From Octopus vulgaris (taxonomy: Eukaryota): 64,000 bases of DNA. Location of the stretch: assembly GCA_951406725.2 (NCBI GenBank), contig OX597817.1, forward strand, positions 18,166,001-18,230,000. The letters are read 5' to 3'. Of the stretch, positions 1-13,180 are shown piece by piece. Within the stretch, counting starts at the first letter, position 1; each line of letters begins with the position of its first letter. The notes under the pieces were generated by a model that saw only the letters and a program-made list of their open reading frames with translations, had not been told where the DNA came from and made no database searches. The position numbers and the translations under genes are program-made.

Positions 1-204
1 AAACGGTCAATTATCTTCTTTGTCCCGAAGGCTCCTTCCCCTTACAAAGGCTACTCAACACTCTTTATCGATACGCAGAGAATATCCTAGAAAATCATAT
101 TTCATATTCTTCACTAAAACTATCTGAAATGAAAGGGTGGACATTCCACCAGTTGCAAGACTATGAACGTCTGGCGAAGTTTGAGAATCTACGATATATG
201 TTCA

Positions 205-615
205 ATCATTAGCACTCCAAGAAAAATGCTTAGCGGCATTTCCTCCGGCTTTATGCTCCGAGTTCAAATGGCGCCAAAGTCGACTATACTTTTGATCTTT
301 GGGAATCGATAAAATAAATTCTAATCGGGAACTGGGGTCGATACAATAAACTTACCCTTCCCTCCAAAATTGGGAGTCTTGTACTAAAATTTTAAACCTC
401 TATAATAGTATACTATAGATTGGTAGAACTGCTAGAGTGTCGGAAAAACGGCTTGTGGCATTTCTTTCGGCGCTTTTCATTCTGTCGTGGTCGACTTTAG
501 CTTTAATTCCTGTCGAAGCTGATAAAATAAGATACCAGTCAAGTACTGAACCGATGTATTCGACAAGCTCATACCTCCTCCGAAAATTGCCTACCTCGTA
601 CCTAAATCAGAAACC
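205..615 (+). mobile_element. Two adjacent, highly decayed copies of an older SINE-A-related family
   Basis: Recognisable remnants: 'aaatgcttagcggcattt', 'gagttcaaat', 'gtcgact', 'ctggggtcgat', 'cctccgaaaattg'. Confidence 0.6.
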
Positions 616-1002
616 TTCATGGCCAGTATACTTTAGCCGTCGTCAAAAAGAGAGTAAATTAAAATTCTGTGCACTGCCAGTAGTGAGATGTGAACACGCA
701 GTAGTGGTCTTCAAACAGTAATTTCATTATACTTCTTTTCACGTAAGACTAAACTAATCATCACCCCGCTCTCACTATAACAGATGGTCAGTGTATTATT
801 AGAAAAATCCTATCGTTCCTCTCTATTTAAAATTTGGCATATAATATAAAATAATACGAATACCATTCGGGTGAATTTTCTTCTTATATTTGCTATATTT
901 TTACAATTACCCATTTTGATTGGATTTCTGCCTACTCCATTATAAATCATTACTTTTGCTAGTTTCTACTAGTTACGAATTTTATGTATTTATTTTTATT
1001 CT

Positions 1003-1058
<56 letters not shown>

Positions 1059-1136
1059 GTTAATATTTTCCTTTCTGCGTTACGTTATTTTTGTTCCCAT
1101 TCTAAAGTGCTTCAATATAGTGACGGTTTTATTTCT

Positions 1137-1167
<31 letters not shown>

Positions 1168-2904
1168 TAATATTTTCTCGGTTTCTATTTTCGAATGTTA
1201 GATAAAATTTCCACCCTCACAAAATAAAAAAGCAAAAGAAACAAAAAGAATAACAACAACAACGTTAACAACAAAAACCGTTCTTCTTTTTTTTTTTTTT
1301 TTTTCATTTGTCGATTTAAAAGACGGGTAATAATACATTCTGCAATTTATATAATTATGAATCTCTTTCTATTATGAGAAGAAAAAAAATATCATCAAAT
1401 ATTGTACTCGCTTTCCTATCTGTCTGTTGTTTTTGTGTCTTTTTCTCTTTCAACCGGTTCCTCTCCCCTCCATCACTGCTTTTCTCTCTCTCTCTCTCTC
1501 ACTCCGTTTCTTCCACCAATATATACACAAATAGAAGCATAAACGCAAAAACACACACACACTACACTATTCCAGTAAATAACACACGTCCTTTCCACAT
1601 CAAGTCACACACATATACACCTTTACACATATACACATTTGCACACAAGCATATATACACACACTAACACGAGTCGTCTTAGTGAAATTGTAGTAAAATA
1701 GAACATGTCATTATGTATTGGCTGGTTTAAGAATTATAACAATTATTTCGACATTTTCATAAAGACAATAAAGTAGAAAACAAAAACAAAAACAACTCTC
1801 AAAACATGAACTTCTGCTTCACCGTTTTAATTGCAGCAGCACTGCAAATGTTATGTTTTTATTTTTATTTTTTTGAGATTTAATTTGTCTAATTTACACC
1901 TTAATTTAATAACTGATTTGTCAAATACTCCTCTTGTTATTTTTACTTTCGATTTCTGAATTTGATGTTTGGAAGATATGTCTGAAGGTTGTGTGTCTGA
2001 AGGTCATTTGTGGTTATACTATAGCTTGGAAGTAATATAAAAATACATGTTTTGGTGAGTACTAAGCTAGAAGCGCGAGTTCGATATTGTTCGGAGGGCA
2101 TGTTTTAAAAGGATCCGCCAGATTTTGATGCTGCAGTGTTTTATAAATGATACAAGCTAAAATTATGGTTTGGTGATGTTCTGGAGATGCTGTCAGAACG
2201 TTTCTGTTGCTTTTTAACACACCAAGAAAATCTATAATAAAAGCGTGCCAGCTATGACCACCTCATTTTATTTTCAGATAATGCTAATAAAAAAAACCCA
2301 TAAAAAATAAAACTTGAAAATCTGATGTGATATGTCAAACGAATGAGGACATTTTTATTGACTTAAAAGAGCTAAAATGTATATATAACTATAGTGACTA
2401 GAATAGGCAACACACCAGCAGATTAAAAAATGCCGGAGACTAATCTGGAGAACAAAACATACATAGCCAAGGAATCAAATCTGGAATTATGGAAGTGGAT
2501 TTGCTGCAGCCCTGGCTCAAACATAGACTGAGACAGGGCACTTGGCACCTAGAGTACTCTAATGTTTTTCTTAGCTTAAGATGGTAAGATGTGGTTTGAA
2601 GAGAATTTGCCTGTTATTTTTAGCATTCGAATGACTACATATAGGTCATCTTTTGTTCGTCAGAAAATAGGGTTTCGAGTTGGTGCCTGAAGTTTTTCCA
2701 GTAGGGGGTCTACGAGAAGTGATGCTTGAAAGCCATCTACCAAAGTTTAAACTGGTTGCATAAAGTTGGTATGTGATGCCCCTAGTGGTAAGATTCTATG
2801 TGTACTTAGTAGTCTATGGGAATGGCATAAAAACCTAGTGGCACGTGAAGGTAGTATTATGGGAAGATAGTATGTTCACTGACTGGTATAGGAAGCTGGT
2901 TTAA

Positions 2905-3136
2905 GGCGGCGAGCTGGCAGAATCGTTGGAACGCCGGGCGAAATACTTAGCGGTATTTCACCTGTCGCAACGTTGTGAGTTCAAATTCCGCCGAGGTCGA
3001 CTTTGCCTTTCATCCTTTCGGGGTCGATAAATTAAGTACCAGTTACGCCCTGGGGTCGATGTAATCGACTTAATACCTATGTCTGTCCTTGTTTGTCTCC
3101 TCTATGTTTAGCCCCTTGTGGGTAATAAAGAAATAG
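2905..3136 (+). mobile_element. SINE-A (tRNA-type), full-length
   Basis: Head ggcggcgagctggcag, B-box-like gagttcaaattcc, 3' end aaagaaatag. 16-bp TSD with 1 mismatch (2885-2900 / 3136-3151). Many copies in the window. Confidence 0.9.
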
Positions 3137-3946
3137 GTATAGGCAGCTGGTATATATGCGTATTGGTATACCAGGCAGTCCAGTAAAATGTCACTACATT
3201 AACTAGGACAGGAGGACCAACAGATCCTTTACAGCGTCCTTCAGAATGGTTTAACTTACATCAGGATAGCACCGGTAGGAGTAGCAACAACTTGCGATTC
3301 CAGTTCTACTATGGAAAGTCTATCAGTTTTCAGATGACCCATTAGCCACTACTTGATGATGATGATGATGATGATGTTTATGATATATAAAAGCTGTATG
3401 TGAAACGGCTTGTGAAAGCATTATGTCAAGGTAGTACGTGAAAGTGATTCGTGAAGGTGGGATGTGATGGGTGTATGTGAAGATAGTATGGGAAGGTGGT
3501 ATGTGAAGATGGTGTGTGAAGAGGTGCACAAGGATGATGTGCAAAACTGTTATGTGAAGAGGAAAATGTGAATGTGTTATGAGAAGTGGTATTTAAAAGT
3601 AGTACATAAAGGTAGCATGTACAATAATTTTAATTACAGTTTGCACGACTTTTAATATGATACATTATTAGCACCGTCTTGGAATGGCTTTCCTATCTTA
3701 TAAGATTTTGTGATTTGAAGTATTCCTTCTTGGTGTTGTAGCATTATTTCTGTGTATGGCAATGTCATTGTAGTGTTTTAGTTCCCTAAAGTTCTTTCTA
3801 TTCCGTTAGAATTTTACCATTATAAGTTTAAATATTTTGACATGTTTAGAGCAGTGTACATTTGCTGTTGCAGTTGAAATTTTGCATATTCGTTTTATGC
3901 AGTAATGGACTAAAAAAGGGGAGATAATCGCGGTATCTCCATTTTC

Positions 3947-5121
3947 TTATTTCGTTATTGCCCACAAGGGGCTAAACATAGAGGGGACAAACAAGGACAG
4001 ACAAAGGGATCAAGTCGATAACATCGACCCCAGTGCATAACTGGTACTTAATTTATCGACCCTGAAAGGATGAAAGGCAAAAGTCGACTTCGGCGGAATT
4101 TGAACTCAGAACGTAAAAACAGACGAAATACCTATTTCTTTACTACCCACAAGGGGCTAAACACAGAGAGGACAAGCAAGGACAGACAAACGGATTAAGT
4201 CGATTACATCAACCCCAGTGCGTAACTGGTACTTAATTTATCAACCCCGAAAGGATGAAAGGCAAAAGTCGACCTCGGCGGAATTTGAACTCAGAATGTA
4301 ACGGCAGACGAAATTCTTATTTCTGATTACAAATATCTTGGGTCATACATATCATCATCTGGAAAAGACTTTCTAACTAGAAAGGGTATGGCCTGGTCAG
4401 CCTGTAATGACATGCATAAGATCTGGTCATCAAATCTAAGTAGAGACTTCAAACTTGAAATCTTCAAAGCCACAGTCGAACCAATTCTACTATATGGCTC
4501 AGAAACCTGGACGTTATCAAAGAAGCTTGAGAGGCGGTTGGATGGAACCTACACTCGCCTCCTTATGAGAGCTCAAAATCTCTCGTGGAAGCACCATCCA
4601 ACCAAAATGCAAATATATGGGAAACTACCACTAGTGTCATCTCTTGTGAAAGGTAAGAGAGTCCAGTTTGCTGGACATTGTTGTAGAGCTGAAAAGAGGT
4701 AATTTCTACTCTTCTCCTCTGGAAGCCATCTACTCGCAATACCAGAGGGCGCACACTCTCCTACCCTGATGTAATCTCCAGGGATACAGGCATCCAGCAA
4801 CAGGACCTCCGTAATGCCATGATGGACCGTGAAGTCTGGCGTAGCATGGTAAATTCCATTGTCTCGACCACGGTCGAACAATGATGATGATGATTTCTTT
4901 AATACCCACAAGGGGCTAAACACAGAGAGGACAATCAAGGACAGACAAACGGATTAAGTCGATTACATCGACCCAAGTGCGTAACTGGTATTTATTTATC
5001 AACCCAGAAAGGATGAAAGGCAAAGTCGACCTCGGCGGAATTTGAACTCAGAACGTAACGGCAGACGAAATACCGCTCAGCATTTCGCCCGGCGCGCTAA
5101 CGTTTCTGCCAGCTCACCGCC
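3947..5121 (-). mobile_element. SINE-A trimer (one head, three body units) interrupted by an RTE LINE
   Basis: Units at about 3947-4130, 4131-4318 and 4893-5121. Whole array is flanked by ggta(t/c)ctccattttc (3932-3946 / 5127-5141). Confidence 0.85.
4325..4892 (+). mobile_element. 5'-truncated RTE-clade LINE, 3' end of the RT ORF
   Basis: Translates DYKYLGS...VEPILLYGSETWTLSKKLERRLDGTYTRLL...FAGHC, then a 1-nt frameshift near 4693, then ...DREVWRSMV. (TGA)n tail and 6-bp TSD atttct (4319-4324 / 4893-4898). Confidence 0.9.
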
Positions 5122-7679
5122 TGACAGGTACCTCCATTTTCGTTGCCGTACTAGGATGTCATTTGCAATTTTCGTGAAAATTTGGTGTTCTGGTTTATCA
5201 AGTCAGCTCTAATCGAGCAGATCAACGATTAAAAGAATGTTCTCTTGTCCATCCAAACTTTTATGCAAGCACGGTGTACCTCTGACAACATGATTCAAAA
5301 TGATTTCCTTATAAAACAGTAGCGCGAGGTTTGATGGAGATTTTGTTCTTATTTCTAGGAGGTCGAACGGCCACGTAGAGGTTCCTATGCATGAGTTTTT
5401 TTACTTGGATGTACTTAATTCCCCAATAGTTTCCATATCTGTTTTGTACGAAGTGACCACTTTCAGATTTCTTCCACAAATCATGTCGAGTAGTGCGTTG
5501 CTCTACATTTTCTTTTGTCAAAGTTGTATCGATCGATCAGCATCTACTATTTGCTATTGCCATATATCCCGTAAATGAGTTTTTAAAAATATATTTATTC
5601 ATCACTTTTAGAATAGCAGAACAAGGCTTGAGATACATTTGGTTGATTTTTTTTTAGCAAGGAGACAACCACATTGAGAATCACTTGCTAATTCGCATGA
5701 AGGTACTTGAGTGTCAAGTGTAAATTGTTTATGATTGAAAGTCGTGTGTAATGGTGACAGGCAAAATCCGCATAAAATAGATGTTGTTTTACGACGATGA
5801 TACAAAGTCTGGAAGCATTATGTGCAAGGGATATATGAAGAAAATCATTGATGCAATATTTCTAATGAAGATAAAAATCATTTTAAAAAAGGATTTGAAA
5901 ATATAAAAAGATAAAAAAATAAAAATACAGTCAAATGTTCAAATCTGCTACGTGAGACCAAGTCACGCAAAAGGATTGTTCACGAATATTATGCTAAACA
6001 AAATATATGAGCAGGATATAAAGATTATTATTTGGGGGCTGTTCTAATAAAATTTGTATAGTTATAGTCCTGTTTTTCTGTTATTCCTTCTTCATATTCG
6101 GATTGTCGGAACATCTGTTGCGGCGCAGGAGCATTGATTATAGCAATGGTTCGTCTAGCTTGAGGATGAAAGAATCAAGAACAGTGATTCTTTTTCATAG
6201 ACTGGTAAGATTGATTCGGTTGGTCGATTTGAGATCCAAATAGTTGATGTTCAGCTTATGTATTTAAAAGATAATACTTTACAATCTACTATCAACAATG
6301 GTTAACAAAATCGCTAACACTGTCAGTGTAAAACTCAGAAATGGTTTGTTAATACCATCGGATATTACCAGATTAGGTTATGGAGAACAGTTTGATAAGT
6401 ACATTTTATAATATGATGAACCAACTCTGTTCATTTTAAGTATTTTATTTTATGCTTATATATTTTTTACAATCTTGGACTCAATGAAGGAGCCGTGTTA
6501 TGCCATCGCAGGTTCTCTGAGAACAGGTGAGGCTCACGCTGTAAAGTTTCTGTTTAAATGTTTGCAAGTTAATATCAGCAAGAAATGCATGAGTAGGATG
6601 TGAGTTCCAGAGGGCAAACGTTCTATGGAAGAAGGAATGCGAATAATAGTTAGAGTGGGGCCTAAGTTTTGAACATGGGAGTGCTTAAGTGGCAGTGACA
6701 AGAACCAGCCAATCCTGTGATTTCGTGCTAATTGTATCAACCAGTAAACATCTGTAAACAATATTTAAAATAATACTCGCTGTTATAGACATTTGACAAT
6801 TCCTTTCTTATCACTGTATCAAATTAAAATCTCATAGTTTTAGTAGAGTCCAGTGGTAGTAAGTTTCAGTTGTACGAATGTTCTGATTTCGACTTCTATC
6901 ATTTTCACAAATATACCAAGGAATGGCTTGAATCTAAGAACTGCCTTTATAACATCAAATACATTTGTGGAAGGAAAAAATAAAATTCATGATGGATGAA
7001 CATACATTTCGTGAAAATGGAACTTTACTGCTTAAAAAAGAAAAAAAAAATTCCATGATTGATAGAGAAACTCAGTGAAAACTTAGGGAAACCAAAGGAC
7101 TAATACATATAGTTTTTAATGAAAACCCAATCAGTTAGATCAGCGGCGTGGAATTGACTCAATATGTTTTGCTTTATTGATAAATAAATTCAAAACGTAG
7201 TCTTAAATGTACTTGCGTCATTGATTTTGTGGATAAAATTATTTTCACCCTTAGGTTTTAGAAATAAATGATATGAATACGAATCCAGTATGGTACTATG
7301 CACGCATGTAAGACTAAGACATCTGATAACGGATATCCATACTGAAAAACAAAAAACGTCATGTTGTTGTAAATATTCATTATTCATCTGTAAAGGTGAG
7401 ATTAATAGTTTGAAGAATAATTGTAGTAAATCAGTAATTACTTGTTTAGTAATTAGTAATAAACTGGATCTTCGCTTGTAAATGGAAGTCTCTGAAAAAG
7501 ATTAAAACCAAAAACAGTTTGACAGAATGAAAGCACCAAACAATGTATTTCCAGGCGTGATAGCTTGAGCTGAATACAATAATTTAATCATGGGAATTAG
7601 ACTAAAGAATATTATTGAATGAGTAACACTGGATACATATCCAGAAGCTTTGACCAAGTCGGCGACCTTCACAAATAAG

Positions 7680-7827
<148 letters not shown>

Positions 7828-7829
7828 TT

Positions 7830-8477
7830 TCTATAAAGCTGAAAAGCGAAAAGTTTGTTTGTCTCATTTTGGGATTGGAACGGATGAAGGGGCACTAGAT
7901 GGGGTCAGATTGGCTCCAAAATTTACAGGGACATGTAAAAAGAGGGGAGGAAGTGAGTGGACTACTTTAGACACCCCTATCGCAAAATCTGTGGTTAAGG
8001 GTGCAACAAAACCCACATTTTGACAAGTGTTTGTCGTTTCTCGCTTTCGCATATCAGCTTGTCTTCCTCCGTCTCTCTCTTCCCTCCCTTCCTTCCACTT
8101 TCTCTCTGTAACGACGTTTGACAGCTTCGCCGTCTCTCTGTCACTCTTTCTCCCACCACCTCTCTCACTGTAGTCTGTCTGTATCTATAGAGAGAAAGCG
8201 TTGACAGCCGAAAAAGTTTGAATATTCCCGCCACATGTCTTTTAGAACGGTGAATTATTATCGCCCACCACCACCGCACAATCATAACAGATATTATTAA
8301 TTAGATATATTGTGTTAATTTATATATATGTGTGTATATAAATATACATATAATGTGTATTCATATACATATGTGTACATATATAAAGTGTATATATTTA
8401 TGTATATGTGTGTATATATATGTGTGTGTACGTGTAGACATGTATATATAATGCGTATATATGTAAATATTTAATGC

Positions 8478-8509
<32 letters not shown>

Positions 8510-8913
8510 TCTTTACTCTCTTTTACTCTTTTACTTGTTTCAGTCATCCGACTGCGGCCATGCCTTTAGTCGAGCAAATCAACCCCGGGACTTATTCTTT
8601 GTAAGCCCAGTACTTATTCTATCGGTCTCTTTTGCCGAACCGCTAAGTGACGGGGACGTAAACACGCCAGCATCGGTTGTCAAGCAATGCTAGGGGGACA
8701 GACACACAAACACACACACATACAAATACATATATATATATATACATATATACGACAGGCTTCTTTCAGTTTCCGTCTACCAAATCCACTCACAAGGCAT
8801 TGGTCGGCCCGGGGCTATAGCAGAAAACACTTGCCCAAGATGCCACGCAGTGGGACTGAACCCGGAACCATGTGGTTGGTTAGCAAGCTACTTACCACAC
8901 AGCCACTCCTGCG

Positions 8914-8950
<37 letters not shown>

Positions 8951-9985
8951 ATATATATATACACATATATAATGTGTGAATATGTGGTCGGATTGAGCTG
9001 AAAATATGCCCACCTATGTTAAAAGTGTTAGCGAGTTTGCATTGCAACTTTGAGTTTGCTCAATTGAAAAGCATGGTTTCTAGGGCATAATTCCTCATCT
9101 TTTAAAATGTGGCTCGCGTAGACCCGAATGAAATCGAGTTATAATACCGAAACAAGCAAAACAATCTAATCTATTAAATGAAGAAGGCGAACGTTGATAC
9201 AAATTGGAATTTTATGTAAAAAGGGGTCTAAATAGGACTGGAAGGGGATTAAAATTTACAGGAGTGGGTAACTTGAGGTAACTTGATTCGGAGACGTTTT
9301 GGGGCGCTACAGAGGTTGCTTTGGTGTGAAAACAGGGATTTTATTGATTTTCGGTGGGGACACTTGGGGGTCTAGATTGGACGCCTTTTGCCCGATTTTA
9401 ATCAAATTTTCAACATCGTAAAGCGGAAGCGGATTTGTAATTTAAGCGCGGACAATGGGTTCAAATTTGAAGTTAAAAAAAATTTCTCATTTTTACGTAT
9501 TTTTGCCTTTTATTTTCTATTGTTTATAGTTTTCATTTTTTTCTGAAAGAAATTTATAGCTGCATGTAGCCCGTGTCTAGAGCTTTCATTTGCATGGTCA
9601 ATCGTCGAAAAATTCCCCAAATAAGTTCTAAATTTAACAAAGAAATCCTTTTTCTCTTTATTTTTAATCGCACGTACAAAGGCAAGTGTGCTTTCCGTTG
9701 TTACTGTCTGATATTTATGATTGATCTTTCAAAATATTTTCTTTCTGAACTTACTCAAGATCTTTTGTTTTTTTTATAAATGGGAAAGAGATAGATAGAG
9801 AAAGATAGAGAGTAAGAGAAACAGAGGGAGAGTCTGAGAGAAAGGAAGAGTAAGAGAGTGGGAAAGTGAGAGAGAAAGGAGAGAAAAACAAAGAGGTAGA
9901 ATGTGGCGATAAGAAACAGAAAGGAAGCAAGAGAAAGTAACAACCACACCCTCACCCGCGCGTAGAGCGGGTCACCTTAAGCTAG
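7830..9985 (+). mobile_element. Non-autonomous Helitron
   Basis: 5' TCtataaagctgaaaagcgaaaagtttgtttg. 3' hairpin acccgc-N7-gcgggt (9954-9972), then CTAG (9982-9985) followed by T. No TSD. Confidence 0.7.
8508..8915 (-). mobile_element. SINE-B (tRNA head, CORE-like segment, internal microsatellite, conserved 3' part) nested in the Helitron
   Basis: Head ggcgcaggagtggctgtgtgg..ggttccgggttcagtccc, cttgggcaagtgt box, (aagagt)n-like tail. Same structure at 55182 and 63006. Confidence 0.9.
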
Positions 9986-10612
9986 TCTATCTATATACGC
10001 GTGAAAAGGAACGGAAAAGGTAATCAATATATAACGTGAAGGTTAAAATTTTGTTCTAAGAATTTGACTCGGATTTAATCGACTAAATGTTTTGAAGAGG
10101 CAAAAAGGCATCTGATCGCTGAGAGGCGAGATAGTAATGGCTTCTAAACACTCAAACTTCTTTAGAAGCCCTTATTGCTTTTTTGTGTCTATAAAACTTT
10201 TAGCAACGCAAATTTGGACCAAACACTTAATATCGACACACACACACGCACACACACATATATGTGTGTATGTATATATACACATATAAAATTGAACATA
10301 GAGAAAACAAAGGAAAATGGCGGCAGAAAAAAAGAGCGAATTTGTGATGTTTAGGTGTGAGCCATTGAAAATAAAAAAAAAGGAAAGCTACTACAAATGA
10401 AACGAAGCCCTCACATAATATTTAAATGGTCATCAGAAAAATCTTTGGTTTTATGAAGTGTTTCAAGAACAAATTAACCTTGCCGTGCACATTCCTCTTC
10501 AGTTTATTGAGTTTGAATGGGAATCATAGATGTGAGGAACAAGTGAGGTGAAATGGTTTGAACGGAAATCAGACCTTAGACTTGTAGACTCTTTTCTTAT
10601 ACTTACTCTCAA

Positions 10613-10685
<73 letters not shown>

Positions 10686-10744
10686 ATATATATATATACA
10701 TATAAATACAAATACATACACACATATATGTAAATATATTTATG

Positions 10745-10775
<31 letters not shown>

Positions 10776-11518
10776 GTATAGTATGTGTGTGTGTGTGTTC
10801 GTATGCATATTAGCGTGTAGGTGTACGTGTATTTATAAAAACACATACTTGTACTTACATGCACACATATATACAACATTTGTCTATATTTACAACGTAT
10901 AAGTAAAAAAAAATGATAAAAACTGAATAACCTTCATTACAAATAAAAATAAAAACCAAATAAATATATAATAAAGCCCCTAACTGGCCTAACCAGAGAT
11001 AGAAACACACACACACACAGACCCACAAATGAATTATAAAAATCACAACACGTAGGTTTTGTGTCAGAAACGCATACAAACACAAACACACACACACAGA
11101 CACGTACAGAAAACACGTACACTCACTAGACAATATTTTGCAGTCTAGACAATGCTGATATAAAAATCAATAGCTTCGGTATTAGAGGAGTAGTGTCCGA
11201 TAAAGCCAAGACTATTTAGCTTCGGATATACAGGAGTGACACCTAAAATCTTCTATTGGTTCAACCACTTTATATCGTTGAACGTGATACGTGGAGATTT
11301 AAACTCCTCTTAATACTACCGATTAAAGGATTTATTTGAGGGAGTTACACTGAAGTGGTATTATCATTGTTTATTTCATGTAGATACATTGACCTGCTAG
11401 ACACAGCAATCAACTTACCTCAGTATGTACTCTACCGTCTTAAATAAGGAAAGGATATATCACATTAGGGGTTTCTCAACCGGTTTCTCATTGTAGACAA
11501 CGTGAATTTCTCATTCAA

Positions 11519-11933
11519 GGCGGCGAGCTGGCAGAATCGTTTGCACGCCGGGCGAAATGCTTTGCGGTATTTCGTCTGCGTTACGTTGTGAGTTCAAATT
11601 CCGCCGAGGTCGACTTTGCCTTTCATCCTTTCGGGGTCGATAAATTAAGTACCAGTTACGCACTGGGGTCGATGTAATCGACTTAATACCTACGTCTGTC
11701 CTTGTTTGTCCCCTCTGTGTGTAGCCCTTTGTGGGTAATAAAGAAATAGGTATTTCGTCTGCCGCTACGTTCTGAGTTCAAATTCCGCCGAGGTCGACTT
11801 TGCCTTTCATACTTTCGGGGTCGATTAAATAAGTACCAATTACGCACTGGGGTCGATATAATCGACTTAATCCGTTTGTCTGCCCTTGTTTGTCCCCTCT
11901 GTGTGTAGCCCCTTGTGGGCAGTAAAGAAATAG
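11519..11933 (+). mobile_element. SINE-A dimer
   Basis: Internal junction aaagaaataG/GTATTTCG at about 11749. 17-bp TSD ggtttctcattgtagac (11482-11498 / 11933-11949) with a 20-nt 5' filler. Confidence 0.9.
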
Positions 11934-12120
11934 GTTTCTCATTGTAGACCACTTTTATTTACTGGATATTTTGATGGATTACTTGAGTATAAAATCAATG
12001 AAAATAACCTCAAACTTAAACAGAACAAATTCAGCTAAACATAAAAAATGAAATCTAAAGGAAAACAATGGAAGCAAATACATGAAAAAAAATGACAAAC
12101 CCTAATTTAATGTAATAAAA

Positions 12121-12333
12121 AGGCAGATACCTGACAATCGTTTATACGCCGGGCAAAATGCTTAGAGGCATTTTGTCCGTCTTTACGCTTTGAGTTCAGA
12201 TTCTACCGAGGTCGATTTTACCCTTCATTCCTTCGGGGTTAATCAAACAAGTACCAGTTGGGCCCTGGGTTCGATGTAATCGACTTGACCCCTCCACCGA
12301 AATTACTGGCCTTATGCTAAAATTTGAAATCAA
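12121..12333 (+). mobile_element. Older SINE-A-related copy
   Basis: Diverged head and body with a different 3' end (ccctccaccgaaattactggcctt). Confidence 0.7.
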
Positions 12334-12847
12334 AATTTCTGTAATATGTGGTCAATAATTTTTGAATACGTTTGGTAGACAGTATTTGCTAAAGCAGAAC
12401 GGAGATAATTTTCAATATTCAAAAAGTTTTTATAATTTGATTTGACTTTGAAAAGTGAAGAAATCTACGTTCACAAAATTGCATTGATGCAAACGGAAGA
12501 AGGATTCTTAATGCGTGATCTGTGACACAAAGATAGTTATTTAACATGCAAGTCCAAAGGCTTTCAAGGGAAGAAGAAATATTGTGGAGAACTTGTGCAG
12601 TAAGGTTATTTGTCAATTCGAAGAATTCCTCTTGAATCGTTTCTGGAATTTTGTTGATTTTTCGCTGTGAGTGGATCGATGATCATTAAGGAATAATCTT
12701 GGACAACCTCTGGAAATTAGTGCTGAAATACTTCCTTCAACTTTTTAAATGCAGAACGCCTTCTGTTTGGATTTCATTTTGAGATTGTATACGAAAGGAG
12801 AAATACAAAAGTTCCGTTTTATTCTGTATTGCGATGTTAAAAAAAAA

Positions 12848-13168
12848 GACTCCGCCGGTTACGACGACGAGGGTCCCAGCTGATACGATCAACGGAACAG
12901 CTTGCTCGTGAAATTAACGTGCAAATGGCTGAGCATTCCACAGACACGTGTACCCTTAACGTAGTTCTCGGGGATAATCAGCGTGACACAGAGAGTGACA
13001 AGGCTGACCCTTTGAAATACAAGTACAACTCATTTTTGCCAGCTGAGTGGACTGGAGCAACGTGAAATAAAGTGTCTTGCTCAAGGACACAACGCGTCGC
13101 CGGGAATCGAACTCACAACCTTACGATCATGAGCCGAATGCCCTAACCACTAAGCCACGCGCCCTCAC
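12848..13168 (-). mobile_element. SINE-C (tRNA-type), full-length, young
   Basis: A box tggcttagtgg, B box gagttcgattccc, T-rich tail, 11-bp TSD tattgcgatgt. Almost identical to 52261-52575. Confidence 0.9.
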
Positions 13169-13180
13169 TATTGCGATGTA

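Larger units (their letters stand above)
11466..12800 (-). mobile_element. Decayed hAT (Buster/Charlie-like) transposon remnant with nested SINEs
   Basis: TIR-like taggggtttctcaacc at 11466. Minus-strand HALRILLPFASMQFCERRF (about 12460-12520) resembles the hAT C-terminal dimerisation domain. Confidence 0.6.

Noticed and set aside
2905-3136. Hammerhead within SINE-A (retrozyme interpretation of the tandem arrays)
   Set aside because: No CUGANGA..GAAA..UH arrangement found on either strand.
12848-13168. tRNA gene
   Set aside because: The tRNA-like A/B boxes are SINE heads followed by a SINE body, tail and TSD; no complete cloverleaf.
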